Source: Alphaproteobacteria bacterium
Lineage (GTDB): Bacteria; Pseudomonadota; Alphaproteobacteria; MPNO01; UBA830
DNA: 64,000 nt
Assembly (NCBI GenBank): GCA_964291215.2
Contig: OZ219791.1
Coordinates: 1,696,001 to 1,760,000 of the forward strand
Direction of reading: 5' to 3'
Numbering within the stretch: position 1 is the first letter of the stretch; each line of letters begins with the position of its first letter. Positions 9,364 through 19,607 of the stretch are shown piece after piece. Both the position numbers and the translations under genes were made by a program. The notes beneath the pieces are model-generated. The model saw only the letters and a program-made list of their open reading frames with translations. It made no database searches and had not been told where the DNA came from.

Positions 9364-9915
9364 TCACGCCATCGCCGGCTCGCGGGCAAGCTTACGGTAT
9401 GTGGTCAGCGGCGGCGGCCGGCTGTCGGTCCATGCCTTGAGATCGTCATGCGCGCGGTCGCGGGCCGTCTGGCGTGCGTCCTCGCCAGTGACTTCACAGG
9501 TGATCTCCAGCCGCATGCCGTTCGGGTCGAAGAAATAGATCGACTGGACGAACCCGTGGTCGGTTATGCCGACGACCTCGATTCCGGCATCTTCGAGCCG
9601 CGCTCTCCAGGTCTCGACCTCGACGACGGTGTTCACCGCCATCGCGAAGTGATTGACCCACGATGGTGTCTCCGGATCGGGGGTGCACGCGGTCTCGTCG
9701 CCGAGATCGAAGAAGGCTATGTAGCTCCCGTCCGCAAACTCGAAGAACAGGTGTACGTAGGGGTCCGAGGCGCCCGTGCTCGGCACCGTGTCCGCCTTGA
9801 TCACGTGCGCAAGCGGCAGTCCGAGCAGGTCTTCGTAGAAGCTCCTCGTCTCCTCGGCGTTGCGGCAGCGGTAGGCGAAGTGGTGCAGTCCGCTTATCCG
9901 GTCCAACTGGGTCAT
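9364..9915 (-). CDS. VOC (glyoxalase/bleomycin resistance) family protein
   Basis: GLHHFAYRC...FYEDLLGL; NHFAM; SIYFFDPNGMRLEI. Confidence 0.9.
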   Translation of the reverse strand: MTQLDRISGLHHFAYRCRNAEETRSFYEDLLGLPLAHVIKADTVPSTGASDPYVHLFFEFADGSYIAFFDLGDETACTPDPETPSWVNHFAMAVNTVVEVETWRARLEDAGIEVVGITDHGFVQSIYFFDPNGMRLEITCEVTGEDARQTARDRAHDDLKAWTDSRPPPLTTYRKLAREPAMA

Positions 9916-9969
9916 CGTCAGGGCCTCCGAATGATCTCAGGGCGAAAACGGAAAGACCGGCCGGGAGGG

Positions 9970-10443
9970 CTATAGCGTCCAGGCAGCCACGCGTCGGCGG
10001 ATTTCGGCGAGGGTCGAGACGACGCCGCTGAAATAGCTCTGCGACATGCGCTCGGCATAGGCTGCTTCCTCGTCACTCCCGTGCGCGATGCCGTCGACTT
10101 CGAGCGAGAAGCTGAAACGCAACTCAAGTTCACCGTCGTCACGTTCGATGATTTCGTTCGTGACGGTGCCCATTGCGGAACTCCGTGTACGCTCGAAGAC
10201 GATCCGGTTTTCCGGCTCCATCGTAACACGTTCCTGCATGTCTTCGCCACGCAGGGTGAAGTCACGCAGCAGCCAGTTCTCGCCGCGCTCGACAATCGTG
10301 CAGGCGCTCATCGAGTCGAGAAACGGAACCGGGTTTTCCGCCTTCAGCAACAGCCCCTGCCAGATCTCGTGGCGGGAGAGGGGCGGGCCGTCGCCCCGCA
10401 GTTCCGGATCGTTCACCGGTACGGCATGGCTCAGTGTGAACAT
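9970..10443 (-). CDS. DUF1857/AtaL-like SRPBCC superfamily protein
   Basis: VPVND...LSRHEIWQGLLLKAENPVPF...CTIVE pattern; GGAGA RBS before ATG 10443. Confidence 0.7.
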   Translation of the reverse strand: MFTLSHAVPVNDPELRGDGPPLSRHEIWQGLLLKAENPVPFLDSMSACTIVERGENWLLRDFTLRGEDMQERVTMEPENRIVFERTRSSAMGTVTNEIIERDDGELELRFSFSLEVDGIAHGSDEEAAYAERMSQSYFSGVVSTLAEIRRRVAAWTL

Positions 10444-11051
10444 GTGCGCATTCTCCCCATCCGCCATCTCATCACGGAACACCGGTGGGGGTCAACGCGA
10501 TGACATGTCTGACATGCCGATCTCCTTTGGGAATAGGTGAGAAACATCTCTTCGGGAGACCGTGCGATTCCAGCTTCGGCCCGGGTGAGCATCTGTTGAT
10601 AGGAAATCCGCGTTTCGGTCGATCCCGGCATGAGAAATATCACTGCTACGCTGCCCTACGATCTCGCGACATGACCGCGTTGGTCAGGTCTGGCCTCCTT
10701 GACCGCGGCGAAGGTGGCCGCATGAGCTTCTCCTAATAACGGTGTCCGCATGGAAGTGGATCTCATGCACGCCACCTGACGGAGCCGCGTGATATGGACC
10801 GCATTGTTGGCAAGGCACGATGGGCTGGTCTTGCGAAGCGCGTCGGGAGCCGTGCGAACGCAGCTTGGCGCCAGTCGCCACAGTCGTTTGAGAGAGATGG
10901 GGAACGTGCGTCGGCCGGAGGCCGGATCACGAAGTTCCATCGCGCGTTGATACGGTACCGGCCGCCGAAACGCGAGGTATCGCTGCCGTAGCGATGACCG
11001 CCGTGCGACTCGGCTGTGAACGACATACGGAATCGCGAAGCCGCTTTCCGC

Positions 11052-11516
11052 TCAGTCGCGGGACCGGCCCGCCATCATGCGCACGGCGCGGTACTGGATC
11101 ACCGTTTCGCCCTTCTGGTTCACGATCTGGTTGTCTGTGGTGACGATGCCCCGGTTACCCTTCCTCGTCGGACGTATGGTGGTGACCTCGACCTCTGCGT
11201 GAACGGTGTCGCCCGCGAATACAGGCGCGAGGACCTTCTTCTCGACTTCGAGAAGCGCAAGCCCGGTCTCCTGCATGACGGACTGGCACAGGAGGCCCTC
11301 GATCATGGTGTAGGTGCAAGCTGCGGGGACCACCCGGCCGCCCATCAGCCCGCCACCCTTGTCGCCGAAGGTCAGATCGGTGAACAGCGTCTCGACCATG
11401 CCGGTCACGCCGATGAAGTTGATGATGTCCGCCTCGGTGATCGTGCGGTTGAGTGTCCTGAATTGCTGGCCGACTTCCAGTTCGTCCCAGTGGAGACCGA
11501 TGCCCATTGTCTTCAT
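11052..11516 (-). CDS. MaoC-like hotdog dehydratase
   Basis: WDELEVGQQFRTLNRTITEADIINF...PVFAGDTV...NQKGETV. Confidence 0.9.
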   Translation of the reverse strand: MKTMGIGLHWDELEVGQQFRTLNRTITEADIINFIGVTGMVETLFTDLTFGDKGGGLMGGRVVPAACTYTMIEGLLCQSVMQETGLALLEVEKKVLAPVFAGDTVHAEVEVTTIRPTRKGNRGIVTTDNQIVNQKGETVIQYRAVRMMAGRSRD

Positions 11517-12727
11517 GACCCGTTCCTTTCCTCTGACGGCCGGCTGGTCTCTCCGGATCCGGCCAGCGCCGCGATTTCGTCATCGTTGAGCCCGGCCTCG
11601 CGCAGGACCTCGGCACCGTGCTCGCCGAGGCCGGGCTGCAGCCGCGCGATTTCGCCGGGTGTGCGGCTGAAACGCACCGGCGCATCCACCATCGTGATCG
11701 CGCCCTCGCGCGGATGCACCACATCGTTGAACAGACCCACGGCCTGGAGATGCGGGTCGTCCGTGAGATCCTCGAGCGGCGCCACGCGCCCGCAGGGTAT
11801 TTCGAGGCGCGTGAAAACCTCGAGCCAGTCGTCGGTGGGCCGCTCGGCGACGAACGAGGCCGCCAGCGCGTAGACTTCGTCGATGTTGTCGGCACGGCTT
11901 CCGAGCGTGTCGAAGCGCGGATCGGCTGCGTATTCCGGATGGCCGACTTCGGCCCAGAAGCGCTGCCACTGGGCATCGGTGTAGATGAGGGTGCAGATAT
12001 GGCCGTCGAGCGTCCTGTAGGGACGGCGCGACTGCGCTAGCACGCGCGTGTAGCCGAGTGGCCCCTCGGGCGGATCGAACACGTGCCCGTAGAGGTGATC
12101 CGCCATATTGAAAGCGACCATGGTTTCGAACATCGGCACCTCGACGAACTGGCCGAGGCCCGATCTCTCGCGCTCGAAGAGCGCGGCGGTGATGGCATAG
12201 GCGGCGACGAGTCCGCAGGTCTTGTCTGCCATGATCGTCGGCATGTAGCGGGGCTCGCCAATCAGCCGCGCCATCAGGTCGACGCTGCCGCTCATGCCCT
12301 GGATGACATCGTCGTAGGCCGGCGTTCCGCCGTACGGCCCGTCCACGCGGAATCCGTGGATCCCGGCATAGATCAGGCGCGGATTGCGGGCGGAGACTTC
12401 CTCGTAGCCGAAACCTAGCCGTGCGACGGCCTGCGGCCGGATGGAATGGACGAACACGTCGGCGCCGTCGATGAGGCGCCACAGCGCGTCGCGCGCGGCC
12501 TCCTGTTTCAGGTCGAGCACGATCGAGCGCTTGTTGCGGTTGAGGCCCATGAACAGCGCCGCCATGTCCGGAGACCTCCGCGGTCCGGTGTGGCGCGTCG
12601 TGTCGCCTGCCGGACTCTCGATCTTGATCACGTCGGCCCCGAGATCGCCGAGGATCTGGGTTGCCAGCGGCCCCAGGACCACCGAGGTAAGGTCGAGGAC
12701 GCGAACGCCGGCGAGCGGCCCGCTCAT
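11513..12727 (-). CDS. Family III CoA-transferase (CaiB/BaiF)
   Basis: GPLAGVRVLDLT, LGADVIKIESPAGD, NRNKRSIVLDLK, PAYDDVIQ; overlaps both neighbours by 4 bp. Confidence 0.95.
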   Translation of the reverse strand: MSGPLAGVRVLDLTSVVLGPLATQILGDLGADVIKIESPAGDTTRHTGPRRSPDMAALFMGLNRNKRSIVLDLKQEAARDALWRLIDGADVFVHSIRPQAVARLGFGYEEVSARNPRLIYAGIHGFRVDGPYGGTPAYDDVIQGMSGSVDLMARLIGEPRYMPTIMADKTCGLVAAYAITAALFERERSGLGQFVEVPMFETMVAFNMADHLYGHVFDPPEGPLGYTRVLAQSRRPYRTLDGHICTLIYTDAQWQRFWAEVGHPEYAADPRFDTLGSRADNIDEVYALAASFVAERPTDDWLEVFTRLEIPCGRVAPLEDLTDDPHLQAVGLFNDVVHPREGAITMVDAPVRFSRTPGEIARLQPGLGEHGAEVLREAGLNDDEIAALAGSGETSRPSEERNGS

Positions 12728-13665
12728 GAAGAGAGCGTCTCCCGCATCGCGGCGAGTGTTTCCATCTGTTCGCGATCCCGGGTGCCCGTGAAGCGGACGC
12801 ACAGATGAGACGCTCCGGCGTCGGCAAACTGCCGCAGCCAGGCTGTGACTTTGGACAGGTTGCCTGCGTAGCAGTACTGCTGTTCACGAATGCGCGCGGC
12901 CGGAAGGAGGTAGTAGGCCTCAAGATAGGCGTCGAGTTCGGCCTCGGCCCGCGCGCTGTTGACGGCGACGGTCACGTAGGCGGCGCCGGTGACCTCCGCC
13001 GGATCGCGTCCCGCTGCAACCGCCGCTTCTTGCACCTGCGTCCATCCCCGGCCCCAGCTCTCGCCGTTGCCCGGCCCCGACGGGAACCAACCGTCAAAAT
13101 TCCGCCCGCACCGCGCGAGTGCGGCAGGTACGCCGCCGCCGGACCAGATCCGAGGACCTCCGGGTGTGAACGGCGTCGGTGCCAGTTCGCCGCCATTGAC
13201 CGTCCAGCGCCCCGACCAGTTAGTCTTGCCGTTGTCGGCCCAGAGAGCCCGGCACAGGCGGATGCCTTCCATCATCGTGCCGATCCGCTTTTCGAACGGA
13301 ACTCCGGCCGCGGTGAATTCGGCGCGAATCGCCGGAGTGTCGCGCGCGATGCCGATGCCGAGCACGAAGCGGCCCTCGCTGATGTGGTCGATGGTTGCGA
13401 GCTGGTGTGCCAGCAGGACCGGGTTGCGCAGCATCGGCAGGAGTACCGCGGTGCCGAGGCGGACGGCGCTGGTGCGGCTGGCGATCGCGGAAATCAGCGT
13501 CAGCGGCTCGTGGCGTGGTTTTGCAAGCAGCGAGTCTCCGACCCAGACGGCGTCAAGCCCGACGGCTTCGGCATGAACTCCGAGTTCGATGATCTCGCGG
13601 GTCTCGTGCACTCCCGCCATCACCCGTTCCCTTGTCGGCAGCAGATAACCGAGGCTGATCGTCAT
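12724..13665 (-). CDS. LLM-class flavin-dependent oxidoreductase
   Basis: GLDAVWVGDS...EPLTLISAIA...LGTAVLLP...RNPVLLAHQLATIDHISEGRFVLGIG. Confidence 0.9.
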   Translation of the reverse strand: MTISLGYLLPTRERVMAGVHETREIIELGVHAEAVGLDAVWVGDSLLAKPRHEPLTLISAIASRTSAVRLGTAVLLPMLRNPVLLAHQLATIDHISEGRFVLGIGIARDTPAIRAEFTAAGVPFEKRIGTMMEGIRLCRALWADNGKTNWSGRWTVNGGELAPTPFTPGGPRIWSGGGVPAALARCGRNFDGWFPSGPGNGESWGRGWTQVQEAAVAAGRDPAEVTGAAYVTVAVNSARAEAELDAYLEAYYLLPAARIREQQYCYAGNLSKVTAWLRQFADAGASHLCVRFTGTRDREQMETLAAMRETLSS

Positions 13666-13759
13666 CGGCAGTGTCTTCCTGTCTCCGGGCGCACCGTGTC
13701 GCGCTTGCCCCGCTTCATAGCCGAGCAGCGCGCCGTCGTCATCCACAGCGTCTGTGCCC

Positions 13760-13950
13760 CACGATGGTTTCATGCTGATTCGGAGACGCGAAATCCGAGT
13801 GCGTTGGGCTCGCGTTATCGCAGATCGCCCCTTGATCGCGATTTTTCGCGCCGAGAAGGCCTCATCGAGCCTTGGCGGCACGATTGCAGCGCGACGCAGA
13901 CCGAAAAATCTCGCTAGTCGCCGCTGGATGAGCAACGTGGAATTGTCGTG
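13760..13950 (+). repeat. ~190-bp MITE-like repeat, copy 1 (most diverged)
   Basis: Same internal sequence as copies at 33637, 49965 and 61751; CACG...CGTG imperfect TIRs; flanks TCTGTGCCC / CCCGCGCCC differ only by C/T transitions (decayed 9-bp TSD). Confidence 0.85.
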
Positions 13951-14028
13951 CCCGCGCCCGGCCGCCGACTTATGGCCATTCCCGCGGTGGTAAACTATGA
14001 TGCCGCCGGAACGAGAACGGAGAGAGCC

Positions 14029-15198
14029 ATGCAGTGCTTCCTGTTTCATCTCATGCCCTATGCGGATCTCGATCTCGAGTACGATAAGCACTACAAGGCG
14101 TCTTGGGTCGTCTATCCGAACTCGAACTTTGACCCGAAGGTGGGCAACTATCTCTACAACATCTATCTCGACGAGCTTGAGCTCGGCGAGGAACTCGGGT
14201 TCGACGGGCTCTGCGTCAACGAACACCATCAGAACGCCTACGGGCTGATGCCGTCTCCGGTGGTCCCGGCGTCAGCCCTGGCGCGGCGTACGTCGCGCAC
14301 CAGGATCGCCATTCTGGGCAATGCCTTCGGCATCCGCGAGCACCCGCTGACGCTGGCCGAAGAGCACGCGATGATCGACTGCATCACCGGCGGCCGCCTG
14401 ATTAGCGGCATGGTCCGCGGCATCGGCGCCGAGTACTATTCCCTTGCGGCCAATCCCGCCTTCAGCCACGACCGCTTTCACGAGGCGCACGACCTCGTGG
14501 TGCGCGCCTGGACCGAGGAAGGTCCCTTCGCATTCGAGGGCAAGCACTATCATTTCGAGTACGTGAACGTATGGCCGCGGCCGTTCCAGCAACCCCATCC
14601 GCCGATCTGGTGCCCGTCGCAGGGTTCTCTCGAGACAATCGAGTTCGCGGCGCACCCCGAGCGCAAGTACACCTACCTGCAGACCTACAGCCCGTTCGAC
14701 GCGGTACGGAAGTTCCTGCATCTGTATCGCGAGGTAGCGCGCGACACCTATGGCTACGAGGCCGTCGATGCGCAGGTCGGGTGGGCTGCGCCAATCTATG
14801 TCGGCGAGACCGACGAGCAGGCGATCGAGGAAGCGCGGCCGCACATGGAGGCCTTCTTCAACAAGTTTCTGCGCATGACGCCGGAAATGCTCCTGCCGCC
14901 CGGCTACCTGACGCTTCGCTCCTACAAGAACGTCATGAAGCACAAGAGCGGCCTGTCGAAGGTGCGGTCGATCGAGGAGTTGATGGAGACCGGCATCGTG
15001 GTCGTCGGTTCTCCCGACACCGTGCGCCGGCGCCTCGAGTACTGCCATGCCGAAGCCGGCATCGGTACCTTCCTCGGCATGTTCCAGGTCGCCAGCATGA
15101 AGCATGACATGACGGTCGCCAGCATGCGCCGCTTCGCCCGCGACGTGTTGCCTGCACTGCGCGAGTTCGGCGCCGCCGAGCGCGTCGCGGCGCAATAG
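14029..15198 (+). CDS. LLM-class flavin-dependent oxidoreductase (tandem paralog 1)
   Basis: LGFDGLCVNEHHQNAYGLMPSP, LAEEHAMIDCITGGRL, PRPFQQPHPPIW, VVGSPDTV. Confidence 0.92.
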   Translation: MQCFLFHLMPYADLDLEYDKHYKASWVVYPNSNFDPKVGNYLYNIYLDELELGEELGFDGLCVNEHHQNAYGLMPSPVVPASALARRTSRTRIAILGNAFGIREHPLTLAEEHAMIDCITGGRLISGMVRGIGAEYYSLAANPAFSHDRFHEAHDLVVRAWTEEGPFAFEGKHYHFEYVNVWPRPFQQPHPPIWCPSQGSLETIEFAAHPERKYTYLQTYSPFDAVRKFLHLYREVARDTYGYEAVDAQVGWAAPIYVGETDEQAIEEARPHMEAFFNKFLRMTPEMLLPPGYLTLRSYKNVMKHKSGLSKVRSIEELMETGIVVVGSPDTVRRRLEYCHAEAGIGTFLGMFQVASMKHDMTVASMRRFARDVLPALREFGAAERVAAQ

Positions 15199-15261
15199 CC
15201 GGCTCCCGGGCGGGGCGACCGTCCGGAGCCTGCGGCCGCCGTGCAGGGAGGTGCGTAGCGG

Positions 15262-16458
15262 ATGAAGGTCTACCTGTTCCACCTGATGCCTTACGGGTAT
15301 ATCGATCCGGAGTACGACCGGGAATATCCGTCCTGCTGGGTGATCTATCCGAATTCGAAATTCGATCCCCGGAAGGGATTCGAGCTCTATAACCGCTATC
15401 TCGACGAGATCGAGTATGCGGAGGAGTTGGGATTCGACGGCGTCTGCGTGAACGAGCACCACCAGAACGCCTACGGCCTCATGCCCTCGCCCGTGGTCAT
15501 GGCCGCGGCGCTGGCACGCCGCACCGAACGCGTCCGGATCGCCATACTCGGCAACGCCTTCGGCATCCGCGACCATCCCCAAACGCTGGCCGAAGAGCAC
15601 GCGATGATCGACTGCATCACCGGCGGCCGCCTGATCAGCGGCATGGTGCGCGGGCTCGGCTGCGAATACTATTCTCTCGGTTCCAATCCCGCCCTCAGTC
15701 ACGAGCGCTTCCACGAGGCGCACGACCTCGTCATCCGCGCCTGGACCGAGGAGGGGCCGTTCGCGTTCGAGGGCAAGCACTATCATTTCGAGTACGTGAA
15801 CACCTGGCCGCGGCCATACCAGCAGCCGCATCCGCCGATCTGGGTGCCGAGCCAAGGCTCGCGCGAGACCATAGAGTGGGCTGCTCACCCGGACCGCAAA
15901 TACACCTATCTCCAGACCTATTCGCCGTTCCAGAACGTGGTCAGATTCCACGATGCCTACCGGCAGACCGCCCATGACAACGGCTATGCGGCAACCTCCG
16001 GCCAGCTCGGATGGGCAGCACCCGTCTATGTTGCGGAAACCTGCGAGGCGGCGATCAACGAGGCCCGGCCCCATGTCGAGATGTTCTTCAACAAGCTCCT
16101 GCGCTACACCCCCGAAATGCTGCTGCCTCCGGGCTACATGTCGGTCGCTTCGTACAAGCGCATCCTGAAGACCAAGTCGAGCCTCGTCTCGACCCATTCC
16201 ATCGAATCGCTGATGGAGCGCGACGTCATCATCGTCGGCGATCCGGATTCGGTCGGGCAGAAACTTGCGGAATGCCATGCGCGGGTCGGTCTCGGCTATT
16301 TCCTCGGCATGTTCCAGATCGCTTCGCTGCCGCGCGAACTGACGGTGCGGTCCATGGAGCTGTTTGCCCGCGAGGTCATGCCGGGGGCGATGGCGCTTCA
16401 TGGCGAAGGGCAGTGGGAACCCGGATACACCGAGGTCGCCACGCAGGCGGCGGAATAA
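15262..16458 (+). CDS. LLM-class flavin-dependent oxidoreductase (tandem paralog 2)
   Basis: Same motifs as the upstream gene; GGAGG RBS. Confidence 0.92.
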   Translation: MKVYLFHLMPYGYIDPEYDREYPSCWVIYPNSKFDPRKGFELYNRYLDEIEYAEELGFDGVCVNEHHQNAYGLMPSPVVMAAALARRTERVRIAILGNAFGIRDHPQTLAEEHAMIDCITGGRLISGMVRGLGCEYYSLGSNPALSHERFHEAHDLVIRAWTEEGPFAFEGKHYHFEYVNTWPRPYQQPHPPIWVPSQGSRETIEWAAHPDRKYTYLQTYSPFQNVVRFHDAYRQTAHDNGYAATSGQLGWAAPVYVAETCEAAINEARPHVEMFFNKLLRYTPEMLLPPGYMSVASYKRILKTKSSLVSTHSIESLMERDVIIVGDPDSVGQKLAECHARVGLGYFLGMFQIASLPRELTVRSMELFAREVMPGAMALHGEGQWEPGYTEVATQAAE

Positions 16459-16503
16459 CGGGAACCCGGACATGTCGGCCACGTGCAACCGTCCGGTCTG
16501 GTC

Positions 16504-16881
16504 ATGACGGACAACAGTTCCGGGCCGGCGCTGTCGCCGCTCGCGACGGGGCTGGCGGCCAGATGCCCGCGCTGCGGAAAGGGCCGGCTCCTTGAAAAGG
16601 TTCTCGATGTCCGGGCGCGCTGCGACGTCTGCGGACTCGACTTGTCCAACCACGATTCCGGCGATGGGCCGGCCGTCTTCGTGATCCTGTTCCTGGGCGC
16701 CGTCGTCGTCGGCCTCGCGGTCGCGCTTGAGGTCGCGTTTACGCCGCCGATGTGGGTCCACGCGGCGGTATGGATTCCCCTGATCTTGGGACTTTCGATC
16801 GTGCTTTTGCGCCTGTTCAAGGGGGTCCTGATCGCCCTCCACTACAGGAACCTGCGCCACGAGTACCGCGATGGCTGCTGA
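16504..16881 (+). CDS. DUF983 family membrane protein
   Basis: RCPRCGKGRL...CDVCGLD...DSGDGPAVFVI; upstream of SURF1. Confidence 0.9.
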   Translation: MTDNSSGPALSPLATGLAARCPRCGKGRLLEKVLDVRARCDVCGLDLSNHDSGDGPAVFVILFLGAVVVGLAVALEVAFTPPMWVHAAVWIPLILGLSIVLLRLFKGVLIALHYRNLRHEYRDGC

Positions 16882-17587
16882 GGTGCCGCGGCGCTGCCGG
16901 CTCCGCCTCGATCTCCGCCTGACCCTGTGCGCGGTGCCGGCGCTTGCCTTGCTGATCGGCCTCGGCGTCTGGCAGCTGCAGCGCCTCGAGTGGAAGGAGG
17001 GCCTCATCGCCGAGCGTGCGGCGCGGCTCGCGGCGCCGGCGCTTGCCATTGAAGACATTCGGGAGGCGGACTGGAAGGGGCTTGAGCATCGGCGGGTGCG
17101 TCTCTCCGGCCGCTATCTTCACGACCGCGAAATGCTGGTCGTCAACCGCCTTCGCCGCGGACGCGCGGGCTACGGGCTGGTGACACCGATGCTGCTCGGG
17201 GACGGCACTTCGGTCCTCGTGGACCGTGGCTGGGTTCCGCTCGAGTGGGCCGACCGCCGGCCTGCCGTCCGTCTGGCGGACGGCAGGCCGGCGGTCGGCA
17301 TGCTGCGCGCCGGCGGGCGCCTGAATTCGTGGCTGCCGGACAATGACCCCGCCGGCGCACAGTGGTTCTTCGTGGATGTGCCTCAGATGTCCGCCGCTGC
17401 CGGCCTGGAACGCGCGCGGCCGTATTACGTGCACCTGCTGTCGGCGGCGGGCCGGGCCGGGTTTCCGGAGCCGCAGGACGCGCGCGGGGGGATATCGAAC
17501 CGGCATCTCGAATACGCCCTGACCTGGTTTGCGCTGGCGGTGGTGCTCGTCGTCATTTTTGCGCTCTATCACTTGCGCCGGAGATAG
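16871..17587 (+). CDS. SURF1 family cytochrome oxidase assembly protein
   Basis: LGVWQLQRLEWK, VLVDRGWVP, NRHLEYALTWF. Confidence 0.95.
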   Translation: MAAEVPRRCRLRLDLRLTLCAVPALALLIGLGVWQLQRLEWKEGLIAERAARLAAPALAIEDIREADWKGLEHRRVRLSGRYLHDREMLVVNRLRRGRAGYGLVTPMLLGDGTSVLVDRGWVPLEWADRRPAVRLADGRPAVGMLRAGGRLNSWLPDNDPAGAQWFFVDVPQMSAAAGLERARPYYVHLLSAAGRAGFPEPQDARGGISNRHLEYALTWFALAVVLVVIFALYHLRRR

Positions 17588-17595
17588 GAGGGACC

Positions 17596-19080
17596 ATGGA
17601 CGCCTATCGTGAACTCGAGGCCCGCCACCGGCAGATCGGCGCGCTCCGCGAGGCCGCCGGCATGCTCCACTGGGACATGGCCGTCATGATGCCTCCAGGC
17701 GGCGCGGACGGGCGTGCCGAGCAGCTTGCGGCGTTGAAGCAGATCACCCACCGGATGGAGAGCGATCCGGCGCTCGGCGAACTTCTCGACCGGGCGGACG
17801 GCGCCGGTGTCGCTGATTCGTGGCAGCGCGCCAATCTCGGCGAGATGCGCCGGCGCTGGATTCACGCCGTCGCCGTCGACCCCGATCTCGTCGAGGCGGC
17901 CACCCGGGTGCGCCTCGCCTGCGAGATGGCATGGCGCCGCGCGCGTCCGGCGAACGATTTCGCGGCGGTCCGGCCGCACTTGGAAGATGTGCTCGATCTC
18001 ACCCGGAAGCAGGCGGAGGCGAGGGCGCTGGCGCTCGGATGTTCGCCCTACGAGGCCCTGCTCGACGCGTACGAGCCGGGGGCGCGGACAGACATGATCG
18101 ACCGCCTGTTTGCCGATCTCGCCGCGTTCCTGCCCGATTTCCTGGATCGCGCGCTGTCGGTGCAGGAGGATCGCAGTCCGCTGCCGCTGCCGTGCGCGGC
18201 ATTTGCCGTCGAGCGGCAGCAGGCGCTGGCCCGCCGGCTCATGGAGGCCCTCGGATTCGATTTCGACCGCGGCCGTCTCGACGTCAGCCTTCATCCGTTC
18301 TGCGGCGGCGCCTCCGGCGACATGCGCGTTACCACCCGCTATGCCGACGACGATTTCTCGCAGTCCCTCATGGGAGTTGTCCACGAGACCGGGCACGCGC
18401 TCTACGAGATGGGCTTGCCACGGGACTGGCGTTATCAGCCGGTGGGCGAGGCGCGCGGAATGACGCTGCATGAAAGCCAGTCGCTGCTTGTCGAGATGCA
18501 GGTCGGCCGCAGCCGGGAGTTCTTCGAGTTCGCGGCGCCGCTGATCGCCGCCGCCTTCGACGGCGACGGCCCGGCCTGGGAGGCGGGCAATCTCCATCTC
18601 CTGCATACCCGCGTCGCGCCGGGCCTGATCCGCGTCGATGCCGACGAAGTGACGTACCCGGCCCACGTCATCCTCCGCTACCGGATCGAGCGCGCCCTGA
18701 TCGAGGACAGCATGTCGGTGGCCGATGTTCCCGAAGCGTGGAGCGACGGGCTGTTCGAACTTCTCGGCGTCCGGCCCCCCGACGACCGGCTCGGCTGCCT
18801 CCAGGACATCCACTGGTACGACGGGGCGTGGGGGTATTTTCCGACATACACCCTCGGCGCGCTTGCCGCCGCGCAGCTCTTCGCTGCGGCCAAAGCGGAA
18901 ATCCCGGATCTCATGGCCGCAATATCGAAGGGGGAGTTTGCGGGGCTGCTGGGGTGGCTCGGTGAGCATGTGCACGGGCGCGCGTCGTCCGCAACGACGG
19001 ACGAGCTGGTGGCCGCCGCGACCGGGGCGCCGCTCGGGACCGGGGCGTTCGAGGCCCACCTCGAGGCGCGGTACGGTTGA
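17596..19080 (+). CDS. Carboxypeptidase, M32 (Taq) family
   Basis: HPF, HETGH (HExxH), HESQ, IRVDADE, GCLQDIHW, GYFPTYTLG. Confidence 0.95.
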   Translation: MDAYRELEARHRQIGALREAAGMLHWDMAVMMPPGGADGRAEQLAALKQITHRMESDPALGELLDRADGAGVADSWQRANLGEMRRRWIHAVAVDPDLVEAATRVRLACEMAWRRARPANDFAAVRPHLEDVLDLTRKQAEARALALGCSPYEALLDAYEPGARTDMIDRLFADLAAFLPDFLDRALSVQEDRSPLPLPCAAFAVERQQALARRLMEALGFDFDRGRLDVSLHPFCGGASGDMRVTTRYADDDFSQSLMGVVHETGHALYEMGLPRDWRYQPVGEARGMTLHESQSLLVEMQVGRSREFFEFAAPLIAAAFDGDGPAWEAGNLHLLHTRVAPGLIRVDADEVTYPAHVILRYRIERALIEDSMSVADVPEAWSDGLFELLGVRPPDDRLGCLQDIHWYDGAWGYFPTYTLGALAAAQLFAAAKAEIPDLMAAISKGEFAGLLGWLGEHVHGRASSATTDELVAAATGAPLGTGAFEAHLEARYG

Positions 19081-19151
19081 CGTGCCGGGTTGTGAGGCCG
19101 TTGCCGCTCGGATAGAAGAATGAGGCCCGCCCGCCGCAACAGGAGGTCATC

Positions 19152-19547
19152 ATGGAGAATCGCGCCTTTTATCCTGAAATCATGCAACCGCCCCTCGGTC
19201 TCTACGCGCACGGCGTCGAGATTCCGGAGAACGCCAAGCTGACATTCGTCGCTGGCCAGGTCGGCATCGATTTCGAAGGCAACCTGCCCGACGACTTCGA
19301 GAGCCAGGCACGCAATGCGTGGGCGAACTGCATGGCCGTGCTCGAGCACAACCGCCTCAGGATCAGCGACGTCGTCAAGATCACCCACTTCCTCACCGAC
19401 CCCGCCAACATCCCCGCCTATTCGGCGTTGCGCGCCGAATATCTCGGTGAGAACCGTCCGACATCGACGCTTCTTGTGGTTGCGGGTCTGGCCGATCCGA
19501 AGTTCCTCGTCGAGGTCGAGATGATCGCCGCGGCGACGCGACGCTAG
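19152..19547 (+). CDS. RidA/YjgF family protein
   Basis: YAHGV...FVAGQVG...RPTSTLLVVAGLADPKFLVEVE. Confidence 0.9.
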   Translation: MENRAFYPEIMQPPLGLYAHGVEIPENAKLTFVAGQVGIDFEGNLPDDFESQARNAWANCMAVLEHNRLRISDVVKITHFLTDPANIPAYSALRAEYLGENRPTSTLLVVAGLADPKFLVEVEMIAAATRR

Positions 19548-19607
19548 CGGTTGCTTTCGACGCTGCGGTCCCGGGGACCGAGCCGCAGCAGATCGCCAGA
19601 CAGCCCG

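Noticed and set aside
10450-11050. Short ORFs in a 600-bp gap
   Set aside because: No recognisable motif, consistent codon bias or convincing RBS-ORF pair.
13760-13950. The 190-bp repeat as a CRISPR array or tRNA/riboswitch
   Set aside because: Copies are dispersed with no repeat-spacer periodicity, no cas genes and no cloverleaf; TIRs plus a TSD fit a MITE better.
14272-17058. 928-aa minus-strand ORF
   Set aside because: Antisense shadow of the two LLM genes, DUF983 and SURF1 in GC-rich DNA; no family motifs.
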